From: an uncultured Staphylococcaceae bacterium
Lineage (GTDB): Bacteria > Bacillota_I > Bacilli_A > RFN20 > CAG-826
DNA: 63,549 bases
Direction of reading: 5' to 3'
Assembly: GCA_964546565.1 (NCBI GenBank)
Contig: CAZJKC010000002.1
Location: 1 to 63,549 of the forward strand
Positions 1 through 9,147 of this stretch are shown here, piece by piece (within the stretch, counting starts at the first letter, position 1; the number at the start of each line of letters is the position of its first letter). Made by a program: the position numbers and the translations under genes. Under the pieces are notes generated by a model. It had not been told where the DNA came from. It made no database searches and saw only the letters and a program-made list of their open reading frames with translations.

Positions 1-652
1 TATTTCCTTAATTATTTTGCAATTATTAGCTTCATTTAATGTGCTAATCTATAATGTATGAAGAAAAGAAACTATTCCTATCAATTGTTTTCGTAACTAC
101 ATCTGGCATTCCACCATTATAAATCATTTCAAAAACTTGTCTAACGTCCACTTTTGAATTTATTTGTTTTTGTTTTAAGCTTTCAATTCGCGGATTAAAT
201 ACCAATGACTCATTATTAAGAATCTCACTTAAAGATAGCGAATATAAGCTTAAAACACCTATTCTTCCCGCAAGGGATTCGCTAACATCTTTCATTAATT
301 TAAATTGTTGTGAACTTGTTAACCAAAATAAAGGTTTATTTTGCACATTATTTCTTAAGTTTATTATTCTATTTTCATCAATTATTATTTTAAGAAAAGG
401 AAGTAAATTAGGAGCATATTAAATTTCATCAATAAGTAAAGGATACGAGTATTGTTCTAAAAAATATTTAGGATCAGTTAACGCAAGATTTCTAACATCT
501 AAATCATCTAATGTAACATAATCCATATTGTTATTTTTAATAAACTGTAATAAAGTCGATTTCCCAACTTGTTTTGCTCCAGTTAAAACTATTATTGAGA
601 ATTCAGAAGATAACTTCTTAATTGTACTCTCAATTGATCTTTTTATATACAT
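1..652 (-). pseudogene. Disrupted COG1373-type AAA ATPase (AAA_14 + DUF4143 family); 3' part decayed and cut by the window edge
   Basis: ORFs 419..652 and 44..346 are in one reading frame. Walker A GAKQVGKST and Walker B LLIDEI are followed by an in-frame TAA (419..421) where the expected motif is DEIQ. Translation continues YAPNLLPFLKIIIDENRIINLRNNVQNKPLFWLTSSQ. A second break (TAG at 44..46, frame change) follows SSYIID. Confidence 0.75.
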
Positions 653-762
653 AAAATCACGACCTTTTTGGAATGCAATTACATTTTAGTCGAACATTTT
701 TTGTCAATGTATAGATTGATTTGATTTTTATTGATAAATACTTTGTTAGCTTCGAGAATTAT

Positions 763-794
763 AAAAAACCACCGGAGCCTGAACTCTGATGGTT
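763..794 (-). terminator. Intrinsic terminator after hydA
   Basis: On the minus strand: AACCATCAGAG-loop-CTCCGGTGGTT followed by TTTTTT. It lies about 20 nt after the hydA stop. Confidence 0.6.
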
Positions 795-815
795 GATTTA
801 CTTATTAGTATTTAT

Positions 816-2588
816 TTATCGTGGGAAACGATCTCTTTTATCATTGTAATGTGTGTGCAATAATTCATGAGCACGATGACCATTAGGCTCACCTAAATAA
901 TCTTTATATAATGCTTTGATTTGAGCATTATGATGTGATTGACGAATTGGTAATGATTCATCTTCTTCATATAATGTTGCCGCACGCTTTTGACGATAAG
1001 TATCTAAGATATCTAAATCTTCGTTTTCCAAGAAGCATGGTTGAACAAGTGGTTGACCACCACCATTGATACATCCGCCTGGGCATCCCATAATTTCAAT
1101 AAAGTGATATTTACTCTTGCCCGCACGAATATCGTCTAATAATGGTTTAGCATTTTTCATACCACTAGCTACAGCGACATTAATCTTTGTACCATTAATA
1201 TCAATTGTTGCTTCTTTTAATCCTTCTAAACCACGAACATCTTGGAATTCGATAGCGGCATGGTCTTTACCTGTTAAAGCATAGTATGCAGTTCTTAAAG
1301 CTGCTTCCATAACACCGCCTGTCGCGCCAAAAATGACGCCCGCACCCGTATATTCGCCTAATAAATCTTGATCAAATTCTTCATCAGGTAACTTACGGAA
1401 ATTGATACCAGCACGTTTAATTAATTTAGCTAACTCACGTGTCGTTAAAACAGCATCAACATCTTTTAAACCATCAGCATTACGTAATTCTTCACGTTCT
1501 TTTTCATATTTTTTAGCGGTACATGGCATAATTGAAACAACAAAGATATCTTTAGGATCAAGGCCATTCTTTTCAGCAAAATATGACTTGATAATTGCGC
1601 CTTCCATTTCATGTGGTGATTTGCAAGATGATAAATGATTTAATATATCACCATAATAATATTCAGCATAATTTACCCAACCTGGTGAACATGATGTAAT
1701 CATAGGTAAGGCTCCACCATTTTTAAGACGGGCTAATAATTCATTAGCTTCTTCCATAATAGTTAAATCCGCACCGAAGTTGACATCATAAACACGATAG
1801 AAACCTAGACGATGTAAAGCCGCAACCATTTTCCCAGTCACACGTGTTCCCACAGGATATCCAAATTCCTCCCCGAGAGCGGCACGAACCGCTGGAGCCG
1901 CTTGAACGATAACTTTTTTACCAGCTTTAAAGGCCTCATCAACAAGATTAATCTCGCTTTTTTCCATTAAAGCACCGGTTGGACAAACAGTTACACATTG
2001 TCCACAAAGAAGACATGGTGATTGACCGAATGAGCGATTAAAGGCTGGTCCTACAATGGTTTTAAAGCCACGATTCTCAAAGCCAAGAATACCATTACCA
2101 TGAGCTTGTTGACAACGAACAACGCAACGTCCACATAAGATACATTTACTCGTATCACGAATTAACGAAGGCGTTACATCATCATATGTAGTTGGTGATT
2201 TTTCGCCAGCAAACATTCCTGGACGAGCACCAACTAAATTAGCTACATGTAATAATTCACAATGTTCAGCTTTTTCACATTGTAAACAAGATTGATTGTG
2301 ATTTGATAATAATAATTCAACATTAACACGACGCGCCGCAGTGGCTTTAGGAGTAGAAATATTGATTTCCATTCCTTCATTAACCGGATAAACACAAGAC
2401 GCAACTAAACCTCTTGCTCCTTTAACTTCTACTAAACAAACTCGACACGAACCTCTTGAGCAATCACCATGATGGTAACTACATAATGAAGGAATTTCAT
2501 AGCCGCATTGACGTGCAGCTTCAAGAATTGTTAATCCTTCTTCAACTTGATAGGAGTGTCCTTCAATTTTAATATTAACTTTTGCCAT
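816..2588 (-). CDS. hydA: [FeFe] hydrogenase catalytic subunit (bifurcating HydABC type)
   Basis: N-terminal 2Fe-2S ferredoxin-like domain, several CxxCxxCxxxCP motifs, and H-cluster motifs MPCTAKKYE and EIMGCPGGCINGGGQP. GGAGG lies 8 nt upstream of the ATG at 2588 (MAKVNIKIEG). The longer ORF reaching 2681 overlaps hydB and is not used. Confidence 0.9.
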   Translation of the reverse strand: MAKVNIKIEGHSYQVEEGLTILEAARQCGYEIPSLCSYHHGDCSRGSCRVCLVEVKGARGLVASCVYPVNEGMEINISTPKATAARRVNVELLLSNHNQSCLQCEKAEHCELLHVANLVGARPGMFAGEKSPTTYDDVTPSLIRDTSKCILCGRCVVRCQQAHGNGILGFENRGFKTIVGPAFNRSFGQSPCLLCGQCVTVCPTGALMEKSEINLVDEAFKAGKKVIVQAAPAVRAALGEEFGYPVGTRVTGKMVAALHRLGFYRVYDVNFGADLTIMEEANELLARLKNGGALPMITSCSPGWVNYAEYYYGDILNHLSSCKSPHEMEGAIIKSYFAEKNGLDPKDIFVVSIMPCTAKKYEKEREELRNADGLKDVDAVLTTRELAKLIKRAGINFRKLPDEEFDQDLLGEYTGAGVIFGATGGVMEAALRTAYYALTGKDHAAIEFQDVRGLEGLKEATIDINGTKINVAVASGMKNAKPLLDDIRAGKSKYHFIEIMGCPGGCINGGGQPLVQPCFLENEDLDILDTYRQKRAATLYEEDESLPIRQSHHNAQIKALYKDYLGEPNGHRAHELLHTHYNDKRDRFPR

Positions 2589-2601
2589 TGATATCTCCTC
2601 C

Positions 2602-4467
2602 TTATTCCTTAACAATCGCATGGAATCTACATGATGAAATGCACATTCCGCATTTAATACATTTTGTTTGATCGATAACAAATGGTTCTTTGCCGACTAC
2701 ACCCGTAATCGCATTAACTGGGCATTGACGTGCACATAAACTACATTTCTTACATGCATCAGGTTTAATAACATAACGCATTAACTTTTTACAAACTTTA
2801 GCTGGACATTTCTTATCAACTATATGAGCAATATACTCATCACGGAAATGTGCAAGAGTGGATAGAATTGGGTTAGGAGCCGTTTGTCCTAAACCACATA
2901 ATGATCCATCTTTGACAGATTGAGCTAATTCTTCAAGAGCCGCTAAATCTTCCATGGTTCCACGTCCATCGGTAATTTTATTTAAAATTTCTAACATTCT
3001 CTTGGTACCAATACGGCATGGAGAACATTTTCCACAAGATTCATCGCAAATGAATTCTAGATAGAATTTAGCAACATCAACCATACAGTTGTCTTCATCC
3101 ATAACAATCGCACCGCCCGAGCCCATCATTGAGCCTAACGCGACAAGATTATCAAAATCGATTGGTGTATCTAAATATTCTTTAGTTAAACAACCACCTG
3201 AAGGTCCACCTGTTTGAATGGCTTTAAATTCTTTACCATTAGGAATACCGCCACCGATATCATAAATTAATTCACGAAGCGTTGTTCCCATAGGAATTTC
3301 AACTAAGCCAACATTGTTAATTTTTCCACCGAGAGCAAACACTTTAGTACCTTTTGATTTTTCTGTTCCAAATGAAGCAAATTTCGTTGCTCCTTCTCTT
3401 AAGATATAAGGAACACAAGCCAATGTTTCAACGTTGTTAATAATCGTTGGTTTTTCCCATAAACCTTTAACAGCTGGGAATGGTGGACGAGGACGAGGCA
3501 TACCTCTTTGACCTTCAATAGAATTGAGAAGAGCTGTTTCTTCACCACATACGAAAGCACCAGCACCTAAACGAATATGAACATTGAAAGAGAATCCCGT
3601 TCCTAAAATATTTTCACCTAACAAGCCAAGTTCTTTTGCTTGTTTAATAGCAATGCGTAAACGATTAACCGCGATAGGATATTCAGCACGAACATAGAAA
3701 TAACCATTTTTCGCCCCGATTGCGTATCCAGCAATCATCATACCTTCAATAACATTTAAAGGATTGCCTTCTAAGATAGAACGGTCCATAAAGGCACCTG
3801 GGTCACCTTCATCACCATTACAAACAACATATTTTTCATCATTGTCTTGAGCGTAAGCAAATTGCCATTTACGACCAGTTGGGAAGCCACCGCCACCACG
3901 ACCACGTAATCCCGCATCAAGGACTTCTTTAATGACATCTTCCCTTTTCATTGATAAGGCACGAACTAATCCTTGGAAAGCTCCTTCACCAAGGGCTTCA
4001 TTAATATCTTCAGGATTAATTTTTCCACATCCATGTAAAGCGATACGGACTTGTTTTTTATAGAAATTAATATCGTCTTGTTTAGCGACCTTTTCTTTGG
4101 TGGCGGGATCAACAAAGAGCAATCTTTCCACTACTTCATGACCAATAATATCCTTTTCAAGTATCTCTTCAACATCTTCAATTTTAACTAAACGATAAAG
4201 AGTATCTTCAGGATAAATCTTAACGAATGGTCCTTGTGAACAGAAGCCAAAACAACCAACATGATTAACAGTAACAACATCCTGTAATCCTTTTGCAACA
4301 ATTAATTCTTCAAATTTTTCTTTTATTTCATGAGAATGGCTTGATAAACAACCCGTTCCACCACAAAGAACAATTGCTCTTTTGCCATCGGTACTAGAGA
4401 ATTTTTGTTCTAAACAATGTGAACAACTTTTAATTTTCTCTTGAAATTCTTCCATTGTTCGAATCAT
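2602..4467 (-). CDS. hydB: NADH-binding flavoprotein subunit of bifurcating hydrogenase (NuoF-like, with thioredoxin-like 2Fe-2S N-domain and C-terminal 2x[4Fe-4S])
   Basis: NuoF-type motifs GRGGGGFPTGRKW and CGKCSPCR, plus two C-terminal ferredoxin CxxCxxCxxxCP motifs. The start overlaps the hydC stop (TAATG), with GGAGG upstream. Confidence 0.9.
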   Translation of the reverse strand: MIRTMEEFQEKIKSCSHCLEQKFSSTDGKRAIVLCGGTGCLSSHSHEIKEKFEELIVAKGLQDVVTVNHVGCFGFCSQGPFVKIYPEDTLYRLVKIEDVEEILEKDIIGHEVVERLLFVDPATKEKVAKQDDINFYKKQVRIALHGCGKINPEDINEALGEGAFQGLVRALSMKREDVIKEVLDAGLRGRGGGGFPTGRKWQFAYAQDNDEKYVVCNGDEGDPGAFMDRSILEGNPLNVIEGMMIAGYAIGAKNGYFYVRAEYPIAVNRLRIAIKQAKELGLLGENILGTGFSFNVHIRLGAGAFVCGEETALLNSIEGQRGMPRPRPPFPAVKGLWEKPTIINNVETLACVPYILREGATKFASFGTEKSKGTKVFALGGKINNVGLVEIPMGTTLRELIYDIGGGIPNGKEFKAIQTGGPSGGCLTKEYLDTPIDFDNLVALGSMMGSGGAIVMDEDNCMVDVAKFYLEFICDESCGKCSPCRIGTKRMLEILNKITDGRGTMEDLAALEELAQSVKDGSLCGLGQTAPNPILSTLAHFRDEYIAHIVDKKCPAKVCKKLMRYVIKPDACKKCSLCARQCPVNAITGVVGKEPFVIDQTKCIKCGMCISSCRFHAIVKE

Positions 4468-4955
4468 TATAAATCTCCTCCTTGCTTTCTATATTCATTA
4501 ACGATATTAGGAACATCATTAACCCCAACTTTTGGATAAACTTTGCCATTAATTGTAACGGCAGGAGCAATACCACAAGCGCCAATACAACGTAAAGCAT
4601 CGATGGTGAATAAACCATCTTCCGTTGTTTCTCCTGGATTAATTCCTAATAATTCTGAAAATTTGTCAATGATTTGTTGCGCACCTTTAACATAACATGC
4701 CGTACCTAAACAACATCCCACCACAAATTTTCCTTTTGGTTTCAAAGAAAAGAATGAATAGAAAGTTACGACACCATAAATTTCCGCAACTGAAATACCT
4801 GTTTTTTCAGAAACAAGTTCTTGTACTTCTAAAGGTATATATCCATACTCCTTTTGAATGTCACTTAAGATCATCATTAAAGGGGTTTCTTCTCCCCGAT
4901 AACGCTCAATGATCTCATTAATTTGCTTAATAGCATTTTCACTTAAATGAGCCAT
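4467..4955 (-). CDS. hydC: NuoE-like 2Fe-2S subunit of bifurcating hydrogenase
   Basis: 162 aa. Thioredoxin-like ferredoxin pattern CLGTAC...CIGACGIAP. First gene of the three-gene operon, with GGAGGG RBS. Confidence 0.9.
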   Translation of the reverse strand: MAHLSENAIKQINEIIERYRGEETPLMMILSDIQKEYGYIPLEVQELVSEKTGISVAEIYGVVTFYSFFSLKPKGKFVVGCCLGTACYVKGAQQIIDKFSELLGINPGETTEDGLFTIDALRCIGACGIAPAVTINGKVYPKVGVNDVPNIVNEYRKQGGDL

Positions 4956-5061
4956 ATTTGCCCTCCTATTTAAAAATTAAGTTCCTTTTTATTTTATATA
5001 AAATAAATACATATTTCAATATTTAAAGCTAATACTTTAAAACTAACATATAATATCTCTT

Positions 5062-5093
5062 AAAAAACCACCGAAAAACACTTTTCGATGGTT
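5062..5093 (-). terminator. Intrinsic terminator after the 161-aa ORF, upstream of hydC
   Basis: Minus strand: AACCATCGAAAA-GTGT-TTTTCGGTGGTT followed by a T-run. Confidence 0.55.
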
Positions 5094-5137
5094 GATTTTC
5101 ATATAAATTTATACCGCAATGGCAGTTTAATAATTTT

Positions 5138-5623
5138 TTATTGTATGTGCTGTAATTTATCAATGATTTCCATAGCAACATCATTTAGCATTTTAGTTAG
5201 TCCCATTTCATAATCAAGACCAGTAAAGCCTGCTTTTGTTACCACAATCACAGCTGTTTGATCGCTATAAGTCGACCAAAATGCATCATAACCTTTGTCA
5301 ATTAATCTATCGCAAAGAAATTGGATTTTTCCTTGCATCGCCGCTGTTTTTTGTTTACCTAAGACAACGGACACTTCAATATTGCCATAACGAGAAATAG
5401 TGACATCACAAGCTCCGCCATCCCATTCACCAAGGGCAAACGATAATTTTCTATTTAAAGAGCAACTTAATCCATTAGATGCTCCATAACGAAGAGTATC
5501 ACCTTCTAATAATTCAGAAAGTTCGCATCCCCCAAAAAAAGATCTAGAAAGAATTGCTTTAATGCGACCTTTTTCCATTTTAATATTAATTTCATCTTTG
5601 TTTTTTGAACCAAATAAACCCAT
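5138..5623 (-). CDS. Hypothetical protein, 161 aa, no family recognised
   Basis: Clean ORF with AAGGAGAA-type RBS and its own terminator. No motif I can name. Confidence 0.5.
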   Translation of the reverse strand: MGLFGSKNKDEINIKMEKGRIKAILSRSFFGGCELSELLEGDTLRYGASNGLSCSLNRKLSFALGEWDGGACDVTISRYGNIEVSVVLGKQKTAAMQGKIQFLCDRLIDKGYDAFWSTYSDQTAVIVVTKAGFTGLDYEMGLTKMLNDVAMEIIDKLQHIQ

Positions 5624-5847
5624 ATTATTCTCCTTTGTTTTTGTTAGTAAAATTATAATAATATAGAATTAATAAAAAGTAAATGCACTTAATTTAATAA
5701 TTCGCTCAAAATAACCATTATTTGTAATAATAATTCATAAATAAAATCATTTAATAATAGAACTAACGTCTTTAATAAAATAAGTCATAACACTATTTAA
5801 TTCAAAATGTTTCTTTTGCTTTAATTGCATGTTAATAAATATCATTT

Positions 5848-6828
5848 TTAAAGCTTAAAATTCTTTACTAATTGGCCAAGTTTTTTAACATCAGCAGCAT
5901 ATTGCTTAGTTGGTTCTTCTTTAAATGGATCTAATAATGGTAAAACCATTAATTCATTTTCATAACTTAAAGCAATACACATTTTATTTTGAATAATACT
6001 AATAGCCACATCAACTAAATGCTCATTAGGCTCAAACGCTAATAAAGCATCAACAAATTTTTTATTAAAAATTGTTTTTACTTGTGAATCGTTACTCCAA
6101 ACAATAAAACGTTCACCTAAAGACAAGCCTTCAACTATATCAAGACCATCAATATCATTTGGACCAGAACCATTATCTTGTTTAGGTTTGATATAAATAA
6201 TCGTCTTATGTTCATAAGCAGTTGGTAAATCAATCATAAAGTATTTACCTAAGAAACATACATCATCTTTTTTATCAACTTTAATTTTCGCTACACAATC
6301 CGCCGCTTTAAAGTGATAATTGCCAATCTCACCGCGCACAATATTACGACTACCAACATGACTAATACCTTTAATAAATCCCGAGTCAGGGAATTCATTA
6401 TCCGCTAATTTATCTTCCACACAATACTCAAGATTATGAAATTCTTCATAATTGAAAACATAATCATTCGCAATCGTATAATATTTGGAAATATAATCTT
6501 GGATTCGAGCATCCATATCTTTTTTTACACGTGCTGAATAAATATAAAGCACAACCAAAACAGCCGCTACAAGGACAATAGCGATTCCAAAATGTGCACT
6601 AAGCGTTAAAAAAACAGCAATACAAATAAAACCAACGACAAGCAGTAAAATAGTATTTGTTTTTCTTTGTTTTTTATAAAAAGCATCAAATTCCCGACGA
6701 TTTTCTTCAATAAAAGATAAAGATGGTTTCTTTTCTTCAACAATAGTTTCATCAACCTCTTCTTGGGCCTTTTCTAATTCTACATTTGGCGTCTCTTCTA
6801 CTTCTTTTAATTTTTCATTTTCACTCAT
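5848..6828 (-). CDS. Hypothetical membrane protein: acidic N-terminus, two adjacent TM helices, about 230-aa C-terminal domain; possibly DUF3137-like
   Basis: TM pair ILLLVVGFICIAVFLTLSAHFGIAIVLVAAVLVVLYIY. I prefer the start at MSENEKLK (6828) from the spacing to AAGGAA; the ORF extends to 6903. Family guess is from topology and the pattern G-x-I-G-N-Y-x-F...F-L-G-K-Y-F only. Confidence 0.5.
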   Translation of the reverse strand: MSENEKLKEVEETPNVELEKAQEEVDETIVEEKKPSLSFIEENRREFDAFYKKQRKTNTILLLVVGFICIAVFLTLSAHFGIAIVLVAAVLVVLYIYSARVKKDMDARIQDYISKYYTIANDYVFNYEEFHNLEYCVEDKLADNEFPDSGFIKGISHVGSRNIVRGEIGNYHFKAADCVAKIKVDKKDDVCFLGKYFMIDLPTAYEHKTIIYIKPKQDNGSGPNDIDGLDIVEGLSLGERFIVWSNDSQVKTIFNKKFVDALLAFEPNEHLVDVAISIIQNKMCIALSYENELMVLPLLDPFKEEPTKQYAADVKKLGQLVKNFKL

Positions 6829-7012
6829 GAACATCATTTCCTTTCTTATCAATGTACTTAATAATATAAATAAAATCGCTAAATAAATCAACGTTATGAC
6901 CATAGCAATAACTATTCTAATAACCTCTTAGACAGCGAAAAAATACTATTTCTTTTATTTAACTAGACACTTATTATTCAATGTCAAATTTTCGACAAAT
7001 ATTGATATTTTT

Positions 7013-7039
7013 TTAGCACTCTTTGCTTGACAGTGCTAA
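7013..7039 (+). promoter_or_regulatory. CIRCE operator (HrcA binding site)
   Basis: TTAGCACTC-N9-CAGTGCTAA compared with the consensus TTAGCACTC-N9-GAGTGCTAA (one mismatch). Located 49 nt upstream of the htpG ATG. Confidence 0.8.
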
Positions 7040-7055
7040 AAATGGTAACTATAAT
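7027..7055 (+). promoter_or_regulatory. Sigma-A type promoter of htpG, overlapping CIRCE
   Basis: TTGACA (7027..7032), 17-nt spacer, TATAAT (7050..7055). Confidence 0.65.
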
Positions 7056-7087
7056 ATGTTTAGAATTGAAAAAAGGAGGCTTTTTAA

Positions 7088-9010
7088 ATGAAAGAAACGA
7101 AGAAATTTAAAACTGAGTCGAAACGATTACTCGACTTAATGATCAATTCAATTTACACAAATCAAGAAATATTTTTACGAGAATTAATATCGAATGCAAG
7201 TGACGCTATGGACAAACGCCATTATCTATCATTAACCACCGAAGAGATTAAAGATGCCACTAATCCCGAGATACGACTTGTTCTCGATAGTAAAAACAGA
7301 ACCATCACTATTATTGATGATGGTATTGGTATGACCCATGATGAATTAATCGATAATTTAGGCACTATAGCGAAAAGTGGTTCACGCGAATTTATGCAAA
7401 AAATGGAAGAAGCGGCACAAAACAAGCAAGAAATCGATATTATTGGACAATTTGGTGTCGGCTTTTATAGCGCATTCATGGTCGCTAAAAAAGTAGTTGT
7501 TGAAACCAAATCCGTTAAAGAAGATAAAGCTTATCGTTTTACTTCCACGGGTGAAGAATCTTATAGCATTGAAGAAATTACCAAACAAAAAGAAGGAACA
7601 AAGATTATTCTTTTCTTGCGTGATGAAACAGAAGATACCCATTATGACGAATATCTTGCCAACTGGAAAATTGAATCATTAGTTAAAAAATACAGTGACT
7701 ATATTCGTTACCCAATTCGTATGGAAGTCGAAGAACAAATTCCTGAAAAAGATGCTGAAGGGAATATTATTGAAGACAAATATCAAAAACAAATTGTCGA
7801 CAAAACTCTTAACTCGATGATTCCTATTTGGAAGAAAAACAAAAAAGATGTTACCGATGAAGAAAAGAATGAATTTTATAAAAATAAATTCAACGATTAT
7901 GATGATCCCTTAATCTCTATGTTTTTCCATGTTGAAGGTTTATTATCCTATGACTCGTTACTTTATATACCAAGTCATTCGCCTTTTGATCTTTATAGTG
8001 AGAAATACGAAAAAGGTCTCCAATTGTACACTAAAGGTGTTTTCATTATGGAAAAAGCAAAAGACTTAATTCCTGATTATTTAAAATTTGTAAAAGGTCT
8101 TGTTGATTCTAGTGATCTATCATTAAATATTTCACGGGAAATGCTTCAAAAAAGTGCCGATTTGCATCGTATTGCGCAAAATCTTGAAAAGAAAATCATT
8201 AATGAATTAACAAAATTAAAAGATGATGATTTTGATAAGTACTTAAAATTCTTTAATATATACGGTACTCACTTAAAATATGGCATTTATGAAAGTTATG
8301 GACAAAAGAAAGATTTACTCAAAGACTTATTAATTTATGAAACCCTCAATAGCGATAAAATGCTTTCTTTAAAAGAATACATCGAGCAAAAATCTGAAGA
8401 ACAAAAAGATATCTACTATGTTATTGGTTCATCAAAAGACCAAGTTAAACTATTACCACAAATGGACGCTGTCATGAAAAAAGGCTATGATGTCATAATT
8501 TTGAAAGATGATGTTGATGAATTTGCCTTAATGATGATGCATGATTATGATGGTGTGGAATTTAAAAACGTCAGCGAAGCCAATCTTGATATTATTAGCG
8601 AAGAGGAAAAAGATGAAATCAATAAACTCGCAGAAACTAAAAAAGACTTCCTTGATAGTTTAAAAGAAGCTCTAAAAGACAAGGTTAGCGATGTTCGCTT
8701 CTCAACACGATTAATCGATTCTCCTGTTTGTTTAGTTAGCCAAGAGGGCGGCTTATCATTAGGTATGGAAAAAGTCTTAAGACAAATGCCAAATGGTCAA
8801 GATGCTTCCGCAACAAAAATCTTAGAGATTAATCCTCATCATGATTTAGTAACGGCTTTAGAATCACTATCAAGTAATACTGATGATTTAAAAGAATATG
8901 CTGCTGTCTTATATGACCAAGCTTTACTAATTGAAGGATTGCCATTACAAGATCCAACCGCTTTTTCTAAATCAATTGCGAAATTAATGATTAAAGCAAC
9001 AAAACAATAA
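7088..9010 (+). CDS. htpG: Molecular chaperone HtpG (Hsp90)
   Basis: 640 aa. N-terminal GHKL ATPase motifs FLRELISNASDA and IGQFGVGFYSAFMVA. AGGAGG RBS. Confidence 0.95.
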   Translation: MKETKKFKTESKRLLDLMINSIYTNQEIFLRELISNASDAMDKRHYLSLTTEEIKDATNPEIRLVLDSKNRTITIIDDGIGMTHDELIDNLGTIAKSGSREFMQKMEEAAQNKQEIDIIGQFGVGFYSAFMVAKKVVVETKSVKEDKAYRFTSTGEESYSIEEITKQKEGTKIILFLRDETEDTHYDEYLANWKIESLVKKYSDYIRYPIRMEVEEQIPEKDAEGNIIEDKYQKQIVDKTLNSMIPIWKKNKKDVTDEEKNEFYKNKFNDYDDPLISMFFHVEGLLSYDSLLYIPSHSPFDLYSEKYEKGLQLYTKGVFIMEKAKDLIPDYLKFVKGLVDSSDLSLNISREMLQKSADLHRIAQNLEKKIINELTKLKDDDFDKYLKFFNIYGTHLKYGIYESYGQKKDLLKDLLIYETLNSDKMLSLKEYIEQKSEEQKDIYYVIGSSKDQVKLLPQMDAVMKKGYDVIILKDDVDEFALMMMHDYDGVEFKNVSEANLDIISEEEKDEINKLAETKKDFLDSLKEALKDKVSDVRFSTRLIDSPVCLVSQEGGLSLGMEKVLRQMPNGQDASATKILEINPHHDLVTALESLSSNTDDLKEYAAVLYDQALLIEGLPLQDPTAFSKSIAKLMIKATKQ

Positions 9011-9030
9011 ATATTAAAATAATTACATTT

Positions 9031-9067
9031 AAAACTGTTAAGAAGCATTATTCTTGACAGTTTTTTA
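9031..9067 (+). terminator. Intrinsic terminator after htpG
   Basis: CTGTTAAGAA-GCATTA-TTCTTGACAG followed by TTTTTT. Confidence 0.65.
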
Positions 9068-9096
9068 TTGATTGTTGGTTTCAAGATGTGATACAA

Positions 9097-9134
9097 TCAT
9101 TTCGTAAGAAGTCGGTAAACCGCAAAATTACTAA
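9097..9134. repeat. Direct repeat copy 1, flanking the ATPase gene (in its 5' leader)
   Basis: TCATTTCGTAAGAAGTCGGTAAACCGCAAAATTACTAA. The second copy is at 10452..10489, with 2 mismatches in 38. Confidence 0.85.
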
Positions 9135-9147
9135 ATGAGGTGAATAT

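Noticed and set aside
2589-2681. N-terminal extension of the hydA ORF. Analogous upstream extensions occur at 24340..24384, 24510..24572, 34257..34316, 52079..52135, 53933..54031, 55138..55161 and 57459..57512.
   Set aside because: In each case an internal ATG with a good GGAGG-type RBS gives the conserved N-terminus or signal peptide, and the extension overlaps the upstream gene or promoter.
4430-4618. 62-aa ORF spanning the hydC/hydB junction, and the plus-strand ORF 4697..4912.
   Set aside because: Both overlap conserved hydC coding sequence in other frames. No supporting signals.
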